From positions 695,207 to 759,206 of the forward strand of contig NW_003314333.1 of the NCBI RefSeq assembly GCF_000143415.4: 64,000 nucleotides of DNA. The letters are read 5' to 3'. The translations under genes were made by a program, and so were the position numbers. The first letter of the stretch is position 1, and each line of letters starts with the position of its first letter. Below, piece by piece: positions 49,916 to 61,873 of the stretch. The notes below the pieces were generated by a model, which searched no databases, had not been told where the DNA came from, and saw nothing but the letters and a program-made list of their open reading frames with translations. This DNA is from Selaginella moellendorffii (taxonomy: Eukaryota > Plantae > Lycopodiophyta).

Positions 49916-50990
49916 CTAGACATGGATGTCGTATATGCGGCGAGCCAGGAGCTTGAATATGAAAGATGTTTCACTCTGCTTCTTGTACTTGAGGAAGTCT
50001 GCCTTGACCTCCTCTTCGTCCTCATCGTCAATGCGTGCCAGGCTTGCTGCCTCCTTTTCCGGTGAACTCTTGTGCGAGCCCACGAAGCACTCCCCCAATC
50101 TCGACATCCTCGCCATGTAACAGCTGCGGCTCTCTGGCTCAAGATCCATTGGCGTCACGTAATGCACCTTCATCTCCGAGTGGCTGAGCACGCCCAAGTG
50201 GTTGCCCGCTGCACTGCCTCCGCAGGACGTGCAAGGTGGAGGGAGGGTGGCCATGCAGCTGCCGCATGGCTGGAGCGGCCCCCTTGCGGATCACCTTGTC
50301 TGTGAAAATTACATGAGCAACCAAAAAGAATCGAGAATGCTGAAGGCTCACAAGATCCACTTCTCTCGACAAGTTCGACAGGAAGCTCCGAGTTGCTCAA
50401 CCACAGCTGCGCGTCTAACACGGCAATGTAGACGTTATCCTCGTGCGTAAGATAACGTAATAAGAGAAGCAAGCCTTCCCCCGTCACTCAGATCTACCAG
50501 GAGCTGCTCCAGATCCCTTGCACTTACAGTGGTTTTTGTCAGCAGTTTCAACTCCGATGGCTTGCAGCGCGGGATGTCATTAAGCAAGAAATCCAGCTTT
50601 GAGGACCACCACCCCTCCACGGCCTTTGGATGTTGAACTTTGTACCGTGCATATGGGTTCGGCTCTATAGCAGCAAGTTAAACTCTACAGCAAGAAAAAA
50701 CACAGTGCGTACCTTGGGGTACTCCTCCAGGTTGAAACTAGGTACGTATTTCTCCACGTACCACACTTCGATTGTCTTGAACAGAGCTCCACCCTCCACA
50801 CACCGCAAGCAACTGTACCTGAAGGAGGAGATGACCCTCCGCAACTCGAGCGTGGCATCCACGGCTTCTCTCAAGCCCGGTGGCACATCGGCATCCCCAA
50901 GCTTGAAGATCAAATTGGCCAGACCCACGTTGAGACTTGAATCTCGGCCATCGAATGGCTGTCGCTGGGGAGCAAACAGAATTTGGCAAA
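49916..50990 (-). CDS. Lineage-specific multi-exon gene of unknown function (paralogous fragment at ~49200-49340)
   Basis: Consecutive coding-like minus-strand segments separated by short intron-like stretches; 50730-50905 is duplicated at 49200-49340. Confidence 0.4.
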
Positions 50991-51037
50991 TATAGCTTAC
51001 ATTGTGATTTCAGCTTGAAAATCCAGATTTGGTATGA

Positions 51038-52690
51038 TGCCGGCATTTGGATCGGTAAGGCAACTCTCAGTCTACTCTTTGTCTCGTGAGCGCTGCTGGC
51101 ATTCCCGGAGGCTGGGAGTCGAATTTTATTCTCTTGTGGGATTGTAGCAGGGGTTTGTGAACAGTGGTTTCGTTTCTTCCCTGGAGAGAAGGGAAGAAGG
51201 GGTCGTGGAAGACTCTTTGCATCTGAGGAGGGGGGGGCTAGCAGCACGACGAGGATGAACGCCGAGATGGAAGGTAAGCTTCGACACTCGCAGTGCCCCT
51301 TTGGTGGACTTGGAGAGCGTTTTTACGTGAGTGATCCTTTCCGCGAGAGCGATCGATTGTCCGGGGCGAAGTTTCAGGCCCTATGTCTCATGTTTCTTCC
51401 CTGGCAGGAGGTGACAAGAAAGCTATAAACCAGGCATTGTGGCTTGAATGCCCGGGACCTCTCATCACTTTGCCAGCGATTGGTAGCCAAGTTGTCTACT
51501 TCCCACAAGGTTACACCGAACAAGTCAACATACGTAGGAACTCTCAGAAAACGAAAAAAACCTTTTTTTTTCTCGTACCAGGTGGTAGCTTCCACGCAGA
51601 AGGAGGCTGATTTCGATATCCCAATCTCCCACCTCCATGTAAGGCAGACAACGAGAACGCAAACTTCAGAAAAAACTGACTTGTGTGTAGGCCGATCAAG
51701 AAAACGACGAGGTATTCGCGCAGATGACGCTGCAGCCCTTCTCACAGACTGCGGTAATCGCTTCCGATGAAACTCTTGGTTTTCTTCTTGCAGGACCCGT
51801 TTCTTTTGCCGGACTTTGGAATCCAAACGAAGCAAACCATTGTTTCTTTCTCCAGGACACTAACAGTGAGTGATACGAGCACTCATGGTGGTTTTGCCAT
51901 TCCTTGCAGAGCAGCGGAGAAAGTTCCCCCCCCCCGCCCCCTCTTGTAAGAAAAGTTTCTTTTGTTTTTCTTCGTTTCATCTGATGAACGAGATTTCTCG
52001 TGTCCAGGATTTTACCCAGACACCTCCAGCTCAAGAGCTCGTTGCCAGAGACTTACACAACATCGAGTGGCGTTTCCGCCATATCTATCGAGGTATGTGC
52101 CCGTCACACAGCAAAATGCAAAGTTCCAGCTTTTACCCGCAGGCTACAAAATGGAAAGAGTATTTTTCACCTCAAGAACAGCACAGTGTCGCCAGCTTGA
52201 AGCCGCTTAAAACTGACAAAGACGCTCCATTCGGTCGTTAGCAAGTGCCCTCCAGGCTGGAGCTTGAGATTTTCTTGCAGGACGAGCATGGACAACACAT
52301 GCTGGGAATTCGACGTGCAAACCGGCAGCAAACGAATTTCCGAGCGACAGCACGCTCGTCGGTGTTCTTGCCGCCGCTGCTCTCGCAGCGTCGACTAACA
52401 GCCGCTTCGAGGTGCTCCTAGAGGAGGAATACTAGGAATACTGGTGCTATCTCGCAGAGGCAGATGAAAGAGAAGAAGAAGGCAAGTTTAAATATGAACT
52501 TTCCTGGGCTCGGGATGCCGAGGCAATTCAATCAGTCGATGCCACCGCTACTCCAGCAGCAGCAACAACAGGTCCAGCAGATTATCGACTTGCTTCCAAA
52601 CGTCCCGGAAGCAGCGAGCATCCTCTCAAGACCCCTCCGGATCAGGGGTGAATCGAAGCAGCACGCCGCTTCTAAACCGCCTCATCGTCT
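51038..52690 (+). pseudogene. Partial tandem duplicate (pseudogene) of the downstream ARF gene
   Basis: Colinear with 53490-56140, with deletions, frameshifts and an inverted exon at 52144-52260. Confidence 0.92.
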
Positions 52691-53752
52691 GGGTGATCGT
52701 GATGTTGTGATGTTGTTTTGTGTCGTGATCGTTTTTTATGCTTCCTGTCAGGGCCGGATCATGTGAAAAACCATGAAACTCTTCACCTCCTCGAAGATCG
52801 AACGCCAGTTTTCCTGTCCGGAAATCCCATCGATGGAATAATAAGATACGACTTACTTCCCTTTCCTCGGCATCGATCGATTCACACGCTGGCGCCATCC
52901 ATTTTTTTGTAGTTCCCCCAAAATGTTCCTGGTTTCTCGTGCAAGCGCATCGATCCAAAAAAAAAAGCCATGGATCAGATCGAGCCCTGCCCGATCAAAC
53001 GCCGCGTCCTCAGTCAATCCCTCAAATCTCGAAAGATTTGCAATATCCGTTCTCATGAATGTGAGGAGCAGCCGACAGTCCAAGTAGAGTATTTCCAAGT
53101 AGCGATGATTTTTATTTTAGTTGGATCGAGAGAAGCACGGGGGGACAAGGAGCCGACAGCACCCCCTGCCTGCCTGTCCCCCTTGTCCCCCCGCTGACAT
53201 CGTTTGCCCCCAAATCCACTCCGCCAAACCAAAACCCCCTGCCCGTTAGTTAAGCCAATCCATGCCCACGTCACCGGCCCCGTCACTGCCACGTCAGGCA
53301 ATATGCCACGTGCCCATATCCAAATGGCCGGCAGCATTTATTTGTTTTCTCCCTCTTTTTTGCTCCTGTGTGGCGGCTGCTGTTGTGTAGGGTAACACTG
53401 CGCTGGTCTGCTGCTAACTGGGCTTTTGTTTGCTCCTTTTTGCTTGCGCGCTGCCTTGTTTGGATTTGGGAGATCGCTGTGTGGTGTTTGTGCCGGCATT
53501 TGGATCGGCAAGGCAACTATTGGGAGTTCTCACTCACTCTCTCATTCGTCCTAGTGTTTGTGGGTTCTTTGTTTTACTCTTTGTCTCGCAAGTGCTGCTG
53601 GTGGGTTTGCTGTTCTCGCTGTCTGTGGCATTCCCGGAGGCTGGGAGTGGAATTTTTTTCTCTTGTGGGGTTGTAGCAGGGGTTTGTGAACAGTGGTTTC
53701 GTTTCTTCCCTGGAGAGGAGTGAAGGAAGAACGGGGGCTTTTGCGTGTGACA

Positions 53753-53797
53753 ATGGCGTCGGTGGAAGACTCTTTGCATCTGAGGAGGGGCGGCTAG
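53753..53797 (+). promoter_or_regulatory. Upstream ORF (MASVEDSLHLRRGG*) in ARF 5' leader
   Basis: ATG in context ACAATGG; stop 13 nt before the main ATG at 53811. Confidence 0.5.
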
Positions 53798-53810
53798 CAC
53801 TAGGACGAGG

Positions 53811-56800
53811 ATGAACACCGAGATGGAAGGTAAGCTTCCCTCTTTTCTCTTTGCTTGTTTCGAATGCCCTTGGACTTGGAGAGCGTTTTTTCGTGAGTGA
53901 TCCGAGAGATGGATAGAAGTTTAGGCGACATGGTTTCCACGAGAGTGATCGAAGCTCGATCAAAGTCAACTTTGTTGTCTTGTCCGGAGCGAAGTTTCAG
54001 GCCCTATGTCTCATGTTTCTTCTCTGACAGGAGGTGACAAGAAGGCTATAAACCAGGCATTGTGGCTTGAATGCGCGGGACCTCTCATCACTTTACCAGC
54101 GATTGGTAGCCAAGTTGTCTACTTCCCACAAGGTCACAGCGAACAAGTGAGTATCAATCAACATACGTAGGAACTCTCAAAAGACAAAAAAAAACCTTTT
54201 TCTTTTCTCGTACCAGGTGATAGCTTCCACGCACAAGGAGGCTGATTTCGAAGTTCCCAGCTATCCGAATCTCCCACCTCAGCTCTTTTGTATTCTTCAC
54301 AACATCACTCTCCATGTAAGGCAGACAACGAGAATTCAGACTTGAGAAAAACACTGACTTGTGAGACTTTTCCGTGTAGGCCGATCAAGAAAACGACGAG
54401 GTTTTCGCGCAGATGACGCTGCAGCCCTTCTCACAGACTGCGGTAATCGCACCCAGTTCTTCCGATAATTGCGTGAAAACTCTTGGTTTTCGTCTTGCAG
54501 CTGCTGAAGGACCCGTTTCTTTTGCCGGACTTTGGAATCCAGACGAAGCAAACCATCGTTTCTTTCTCCAAGACGTTAACAGCGAGTGATACGAGCACTC
54601 ACGGTGGTTTTTCCATTCCCCGCAGAGCAGCGGAGAAAGTTTTCCCCCCTCTTGTAAGAAGTTTTAAGCTTCTCGTATCATCTGATCAATGGGATTCTTC
54701 CTGTCCAGGATTTTACCAAGACACCTCCAGCTCAAGAGCTCGTTGCCAGAGACTTACACAACAACGAGTGGCATTTCCGCCATATCTATCGAGGTATGTG
54801 CCTATCACACACGTAGAATTGCAAAGTTCCAACTTTTACGCGCAGGCCAGCCTCGAAGGCACTTGCTCACGACCGGGTGGAGCGTTTTCGTCAGCGCTAA
54901 GCGGCTTCAAGCTGGCGACACGGTGCTGTTCTTGAGGTAGAAAAAACTCGTTCCATTTTATAGAGCTTGAGATTTTCTTGCAGGGACGAGCAGGGACAAC
55001 ACATGCTGGGAATTCGACGGGCAAACCGGCAGCAAACGAATCTCCCGACATCTCTCTTGTCGAGCGACAGCATGCTCATCGGTGTTCTTGCCGCGGCTGC
55101 TCACGCAGCATCCACCAACAGCCGCTTCACGATCTTCTATAATCCGAGGTAGCTTTATTCTCTTCCTGTTTTGGAGCTGGCTGAGGCGTTCTTCGCAGGG
55201 CGAGCCCCTCGGAGTTTGTCATTCCACTGGCGAAGTATCAGAAAGCACTGCATCCTCCGCAACTGACTGTAGGAATGCGATTTAGAATGGAGATGGAAAC
55301 CGAGGACTCAAGCACAAGGAGGTAGCAACAGTAGATAAACAGAAGTATAGATCTATTTACCCGTTTGATCCATAGGTACATGGGAACAATCACTGGTATA
55401 GGAGATTTGGATCCCGTAAGATGGCCAAACTCCCACTGGAGATCTCTCAAGGTGAGAGCTTTACCGAAGCAAGATGAGTCTTCTCACTTTTCTTTGTCCT
55501 CTCAGGTCGGCTGGGACGAATCTACCGCTGGACAGAAGCAACGCAGAGTGTCAGCATGGGAGATTGAGCCACTGACAGTACCTTTTCTTCTCTGCAACTC
55601 TTCGTTTTTGTTGAGGTCCAAGCGTCCGAGAGGTACTGGTAAGTGAGAGCTTTCTCCGGTGTGCTTAACACTCTCTCTCTCTCGCAGAGGAGGAGCTCCA
55701 GATGAAGGCTCCCTCGATCTGGGCCAGAGGAGAAGAAGGCAAGTTTAGCATGCAAAATATGAACTTTCCTGGGCTCAGTGGGATGGATCACTGGCTCCAA
55801 CTCCAGCAAAAAGCCGGGGGCTCCGCGGCAGTAACTCCACCGCCTCCTGTCATCCAACCTGGTTACTACAGCTCCATCCTCCAAGAAATGAGGACCATTG
55901 ATGCTACTCCAAAGCAGCTCATGCAAAGTCCGCAAGCCTTCCAGCCGATGCAATTCAACCAGTCGATACCACCGCTACTCCAGCAGCAGCAGCAACAGGC
56001 CCAGCAGATGATGCACCTGCCTCCAAACGTCCCGGAAGCAGCCAGCATGCATGCTCCATACATCCCAGCTGCTCTCAAGACCCCTCCGGATCAAGAGGTG
56101 AATCGAAACAGCAACTCATACCCGCCCCTCATCATCGAGGACGGCGTCTCGTATACTTCGATGCTCCAGGGCTCGGCTCCAGCATCACTCCCAAAGCAGC
56201 AACACCATCAGCAGCAAGCAGGGATGTTGACTTGCTCGAGTTTGGATCACCAGACCAACTGGATGCCATCCCTGCGAGAAGGTGACGCGAGCATTCCGGT
56301 GGATGCATCGCTTCTACCGCCGTCGTCATCGCAGCAAGCTCTGGATCAAGACAACGATCCCAGAAGTCACGTCCTCTTTGGCGTCAACATAGATGGCCAA
56401 GTCCCGCCATCTTACGCTCCCCCGCCTTTCTCCAAGCCAAAGGATTTCTCCGGAGCTCAACCCGACATAGCTCTCCTCCATGCCGCCGAAGAGAATGGAG
56501 TCCCCCAACCAAGCTGGCCGCAACAAGTCTATCCCCCGCCAGTGAGAACTTTCACCAAGGTTTGCCTCCTTCCACTTGAAACTCTTCGATGGGACGATCG
56601 ATCGAGTAACACTTGCTTGCAGGTCCACAAGGTCGGATCGGTCGGGAGATCGCTCGACATCACCCGCTTCAAAAACTACCACGAGCTTCGCAACGAGCTC
56701 ACGCGAATGTTCGGCCTGGAGCACGATCACAAGTCGGGCTGGCAGCTCGTCTTCATCGACAACGAGAATGACATGCTGCTACTGGGCGATGATCCTTGGG

Positions 56801-57158
56801 AGTAAGTTCTTCCTTCCTTTCACTCTTGAGGCGTTGCTAACGTTGACATCGCTGCAGTGAATTCATCGGCTGCGTCAAGTCGATACGAATCCTCTCCTCG
56901 TCCGAGATCCTCCAGATGAACCAAGAACATATGGAGTGGCTAAACTCCATTCCACTCCACCAGCAGCAAAAGCAAGCTAGCAGCTCCTCGGATGATCACC
57001 GGCCCTGCGGCGACGTCCCTGCGATCACTACTGCTACCCCCACTGCTGCTACCACTACTACTGCTACTACTGCTACCACCACTGCTCAAGCAGGCAACGT
57101 ACCCCGAGCGATGAGCAGCTACAACAGTGACCCGTCGTGCGTAAGCGATGGGATCTAA
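53811..57158 (+). CDS. ARF: Auxin response factor, class A (B3 DNA-binding domain, Q-rich middle region, PB1 domain), multi-exon
   Basis: [109 protein letters not shown]; short GT-AG introns. Confidence 0.95.
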
Positions 57159-57411
57159 CGTAACCAAGGGAAGAACTTGTCTCGATTTCTAGCAAGTAGG
57201 AAGCTTACAGCGAAGTCGCGCTTTTTATTCGCGCGTCTCCCTACCTATGTAGAAATTTTTACGCTGGACAGAATCAACAAAAACCGATACTTAGACGCGC
57301 TTAGGAACCACGTACCTCGCTACGTGATTGCGTTTGTTAATCTGACGCGTGTATGTTGTATGTCCTCCTTCCACCTACGTATGTACACCCCCGACTGATG
57401 ATCGAGGCAAA

Positions 57412-59154
57412 TCAGCTTGAGCGGAGTGACCCGTTCACGAAGCCATCAGGAAGTGTAGAGGCAGCGGAGGAGGAGGCGGCGGCGGCGGACTTCGGAGTAA
57501 GTAGATCCGTCCTTGCAGCGAGAAACACCGCCAGGTACTCGGGATCACGTTGGAGAGCCTCTACAAATTCGTCACGGCTCACCCGCTCCATTCCTTTGCT
57601 CAGCTTCTTCCACACCTCCTGTATTTGCCTCCCACTGATGCTCGGAATCAAGTCCTTAAGGCTGCTGAAAACGTCCTCAAAGCTCAAGATGCCATCGTTG
57701 TCCTGGTCGCAGAGCCCGTACGCCGCGTCGATTGTCTCACGGAGCTTTTCAAACCTTGATATGAATGCCAGCCCGTTGACATACTGCCGGAAGTTGAAGT
57801 AGCCCCTCCCTAAGCCGTCAAACAGCGAGAACACTTGCTGGACCGGCTGGCAATCGGGCAGCGCCAGCACCTTGACAAATGTCTCGTAAGTCACCCTGTT
57901 GGTCGCGGCCGGATCCAAGAGCTTGAACTTGGCGTAGTAAGCCTTGGCCTCCTTCATCGTCAGCCTGTAGAGCCTCTCAAACCTGCCAAACTCGATCACC
58001 GGAATGGTGGAGTAGTCTTTGGCCTTCTGTGCGTCCGACACCAGGCTCAGGTCCTCATAACTGTGCTCCGACACCATCACGTTGAGAATGCTGGCCATTG
58101 TCATCCGGGTTCTCTCCGTGAAGAGCCTCGGGTTGCACTGCTCCTTCCAGCTCGGCTCGATCACCGGGAGGTACTCCACCACCATGTAGTTGTGGAACTG
58201 GATCATAAGCTTGAAGATGAGGAAGTATATAGACGGGCCCTGTGCTACCCACGATGGATCCATGTGAACTTGAGGATAGCGTACCACCATCGGTTGGACC
58301 GGGTAGCCGGGCGTAAACGCTCCAGTCTTGAAAGAAACCAGCGACTTACCATTAGTGGTGGTCGCCTCTGGGAAGATCATCACGGTGCTCCAGTCGTTAC
58401 ACATAGCTCGCCGCTTGATCTCCCCGGCCGCGTTCCTGCGCGAGTCTGGCGAGCCCCGGTTGATGGCGATGACTTGCATGGCACTGATGATCGCGCCCAT
58501 GACCGGGTACTTGAGATTCTCCTCCGCCGTCACGATCACGGGCAAATGCTTGTAGAAGATGAAAACGGGGTCCACGAACGTGACGTGGTTGGAGACCAGA
58601 ATCGGAGCTCTCTCGCGAGGAGCCGGCTTGCCTTTGATGGTGATCCAGTGGAATCCACACACGAAGAGAAGCACCCTCGCGAGAATCCTCACTGGCCACA
58701 GCAGAGACCTCCTCCATGCAGGAAAGGGCCTGGTGAGCACGTCCCTGGCGCCGATGAGCGCGATCTTGGTGAGGACAAGACCCAGCAGGAGAATCACTGT
58801 GAATGCGATCATCCGCAAGATCGCGACCGGGAGCATGACGATCGCCTTGAAGAGCTCGTAGGGATTGGAAATACCCGGCACTGCGTTGAGGAAGGGATTG
58901 AAGGGCATGTCGGGCTCCACAACCGGCGGACTCCCGAGCGACGATAGCACTGGCGCTGCTTCTGTCACCGCATGCCCCGAATCGAAGGCATTTTGATCGG
59001 GAGAGGGCTTCTTCACAGACCTCTCTTGGATCGCTGTAGCTGGCGATTCCTCCGCCGACGGCGATTTCATCACCCGACGCTTTGATAATCCGCCGATGCC
59101 AGCGTGGTGGACGCTAAGCGGCGCTCCCCCGACGTTCTCCAGGCGCAGCGCCAT
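57412..59154 (-). CDS. Lysophospholipid acyltransferase (LPEAT2/LPCAT-like) with C-terminal EF-hands, single exon
   Basis: PlsC motifs VSNHVTFVD, FPEATTTNG and FKTGAF; EF-hand DQDNDGILSFED; first ATG at 59154. Confidence 0.92.
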   Translation of the reverse strand: MALRLENVGGAPLSVHHAGIGGLSKRRVMKSPSAEESPATAIQERSVKKPSPDQNAFDSGHAVTEAAPVLSSLGSPPVVEPDMPFNPFLNAVPGISNPYELFKAIVMLPVAILRMIAFTVILLLGLVLTKIALIGARDVLTRPFPAWRRSLLWPVRILARVLLFVCGFHWITIKGKPAPRERAPILVSNHVTFVDPVFIFYKHLPVIVTAEENLKYPVMGAIISAMQVIAINRGSPDSRRNAAGEIKRRAMCNDWSTVMIFPEATTTNGKSLVSFKTGAFTPGYPVQPMVVRYPQVHMDPSWVAQGPSIYFLIFKLMIQFHNYMVVEYLPVIEPSWKEQCNPRLFTERTRMTMASILNVMVSEHSYEDLSLVSDAQKAKDYSTIPVIEFGRFERLYRLTMKEAKAYYAKFKLLDPAATNRVTYETFVKVLALPDCQPVQQVFSLFDGLGRGYFNFRQYVNGLAFISRFEKLRETIDAAYGLCDQDNDGILSFEDVFSSLKDLIPSISGRQIQEVWKKLSKGMERVSRDEFVEALQRDPEYLAVFLAARTDLLTPKSAAAASSSAASTLPDGFVNGSLRSS

Positions 59155-59705
59155 AGCCACAAGCTCCAGTGCGCGCAATGGAGAATATCCAGGAGCCCTA
59201 GAAAAAAAGGCCCTAAATTAGATTAAAACCAGCGCAATCGGTTCTTCCGCGTGGCGCAAGCGGCACCGTTGGATCCGCCCGCAGCACACTTTAAAAGACC
59301 ATGTGTATGAACATTGATGAATCTTTCGGTGGAGCAGCCTCTGTAGCGGCATTTAATTTGTCAACTCGCGCTATAATTCTTGGATTGGATCCAAAAACGT
59401 TTCAAAACCGCGTGTGAATTTTGTTTCCCTTTCTCCATTCACTGTCTAACCAGGCCAGAGTTTTCGTTTTCGCGGTCGAGTGATTGATTGATCTGTTCGT
59501 GTATCACGTCACGGGCATTTGGTGTCCTCTAGACAAGAGCTAAAATTGGGGGTGCCGTGTTCCATGAGAAGATACGCCAACGCCCAAACCCCAAAGAGTG
59601 GAGCCCAAAGCGTGGAGCCGGAGTAAATGGACACGAAAGATTCCGATTCCTTTGTCGTTCATCCTTTGATCGCCCGGGATCCATGCTCGAATCCACAGGA
59701 AACGC

Positions 59706-61559
59706 ATGAATTTGATATCAGGGGGGAATTTCTTCGCATTTCCAAATCGCCCAGATCGATTGGAACTACACGGAAGGAGCCCAATCTTGTTGTTGTCAGG
59801 CTTTGCGAAAGCTGGGGATCCCATCCAGGCAAAAAAGGTGTTTGATTCTCTCTCCCACAAGAGCACACTGGCCTGGACCATCTTGATGACTGCTTATGCC
59901 CAATGTGGGCATATAGACAATGCCATTGAGACGTTCTATTCCATGCCTGAACATGATCTAGTTTCTTGGTCTGCTCTTATCAATGTCTATTCTACCTTTA
60001 GCGTGATCTGCGCGGCAAAACTGACGTTTGAATCAATGCCAGAGTGGAACCTGGTAGCTTGGAGTTCTCTTCTTGCAGCATATGCCCAGAACGGGGATTT
60101 AAGAAAGGCAAAGAATGTGTTTGATTTCATGCAATCGCGAAACATCGTCTGTTACTCGACACTGCTCACAATGTACACACGATTTTGTAGTTTAGATCAT
60201 GCAAAACTATTTTTTGATCAAATGCCAGAGTGGAATCTAGTGTCGTGGAATGTGCTTCTTTCAGCTTATGCAAAGAGTGGAGATCTTGAAAGCGTTCAAG
60301 AGGTGTTCTTGATAATGGAGGCTTGGAATCTCGTCTCCGGCGCAACTATGATAACTGGATACACAAAATGTGGCCATATTGGAAAGGCTCAAGCCATTTT
60401 TAAAAGCCTGCCACTGTGGAATGCCGTCGCATGCACGGCGATGCTGACTGGATATGCCCAAACGGGGCATGTCTTGCTTGCTAAGCAGGTCTTTGACACG
60501 ATGCCCGTGAGAGGCATTGTGACGTGGAATGCCATGCTGGCGTGTTATGCCCGAAACGGGTACACGGAAGATGCAAAGGCGATATTTCATGGGATGAAAG
60601 AGCACGACATTGTTTCGCTGACGACGATGCTAAGCTGCTCACCCTGTTTGGCCGATGCTGAGAGTCTTTTCAATCGATTTCCGGAGAGAAATCTTTGCAG
60701 TGAGAATGTGATGCTGGATGCATATGTGTCTGGAGGAAAGATCGAGCAAGCGAAGAGATTTTTTGATGGAATGAAATACCATGATTTCCAATCGCTGGTT
60801 GTCATGGTTCTGGGATTTTCCCACGCCGGGAGGCTGGAAGAAGCAAAGTATGTTTTTGAAGAGGCCCGCGAGTTTAATCCTGTGCTGTGGACTTGCATGG
60901 GTTCCGCATATGCTCAATCTGGGCATTTTGAGGAAGCCAGGCAAATTTTTGGCAATGCTTCGGATGTAGTCTTTTTAGACGACAATGCAAATGAAAAGAT
61001 TGCTTGGCATTTACATGATCACAATGATCTTGTTTTCTGCAATGCTCATCTTTCAGTTTGTCTCCAAGACGGAGATTTTGTGGAGGGAGTCCAGAAGTTC
61101 CATCGCATGAAACAAAGAGACCAAGTTACCTGGAACTCGGTTGTATCAGCTTATATCCGGAGGGGTCAAGTGATCACGGCAGCTCGTTTGTTTGATCGCC
61201 TTCCAGTGAGAGATGTTACAAGCTGGAACTTGGTTCTAGCCGGCTTGTGTTGGAAGATCGACTCTGAGGTTCGAAATGAAGTGTTTCACAAGATGATCCT
61301 GATGGAAATGCCGGACGAGGTCACGCTTCTCTGCAAGCTAAACTTGTGTAGCCATGAAGGAAACTTAGCCAATTTCTCGAGATGGTTTGCTTCACTGAGA
61401 AGTGACTTTGGGCTGGAACCAACCAAGCAGCACTACTCAACAGCGATTGATATCCTTTCTAGAGCGGGGGATTTAAGAGAAGCTTGGGATCTTTTAAACA
61501 CAATGCCGTTCTATCCAGATACGATGGAGTGGACAAAGATCACAAAACACAAACACTGA
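59706..61559 (+). CDS. PLS-class pentatricopeptide repeat protein with partial E domain
   Basis: Repeated ~31-35 aa motifs (N.V.W..LL.AYAQ.G....AK.VFD.M); C-terminal PDEVT..CSHEG..HYSTAIDILSRAG; no DYW domain in this ORF. Confidence 0.88.
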   Translation: MNLISGGNFFAFPNRPDRLELHGRSPILLLSGFAKAGDPIQAKKVFDSLSHKSTLAWTILMTAYAQCGHIDNAIETFYSMPEHDLVSWSALINVYSTFSVICAAKLTFESMPEWNLVAWSSLLAAYAQNGDLRKAKNVFDFMQSRNIVCYSTLLTMYTRFCSLDHAKLFFDQMPEWNLVSWNVLLSAYAKSGDLESVQEVFLIMEAWNLVSGATMITGYTKCGHIGKAQAIFKSLPLWNAVACTAMLTGYAQTGHVLLAKQVFDTMPVRGIVTWNAMLACYARNGYTEDAKAIFHGMKEHDIVSLTTMLSCSPCLADAESLFNRFPERNLCSENVMLDAYVSGGKIEQAKRFFDGMKYHDFQSLVVMVLGFSHAGRLEEAKYVFEEAREFNPVLWTCMGSAYAQSGHFEEARQIFGNASDVVFLDDNANEKIAWHLHDHNDLVFCNAHLSVCLQDGDFVEGVQKFHRMKQRDQVTWNSVVSAYIRRGQVITAARLFDRLPVRDVTSWNLVLAGLCWKIDSEVRNEVFHKMILMEMPDEVTLLCKLNLCSHEGNLANFSRWFASLRSDFGLEPTKQHYSTAIDILSRAGDLREAWDLLNTMPFYPDTMEWTKITKHKH

Positions 61560-61873
61560 TCTTGTCAAGTTCAATCGAAGTTCTTATACATAGTTTGCTC
61601 ATCACTTCGAGTTTTTCAAGGAGCTTTGAAGCTCCGCTGGTTGTTTGTTTACAACACAGAATGACTGGAAGCTTGGGGGATTTAAACAACACAACCATGT
61701 CGTCCACAAACTTTGATCCAAAAACTTGGTCATCTCATCCAAGCATCTTGAAACGGATCTAAACAAAAATGAATGCAAAGAACAGACTAGAAACGAAATC
61801 GAAAGAACCAACCTCAAGATCACTTGTTAGTTGCGAGTAGCTCCGTTTCTTCTTCCAATTCCTTCGATCAGTT

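Noticed and set aside
57835-58947. 370-aa antisense ORF (also 62830-63792 and 62228-62620)
   Set aside because: Shadow frames of GC3-rich genes on the opposite strand.
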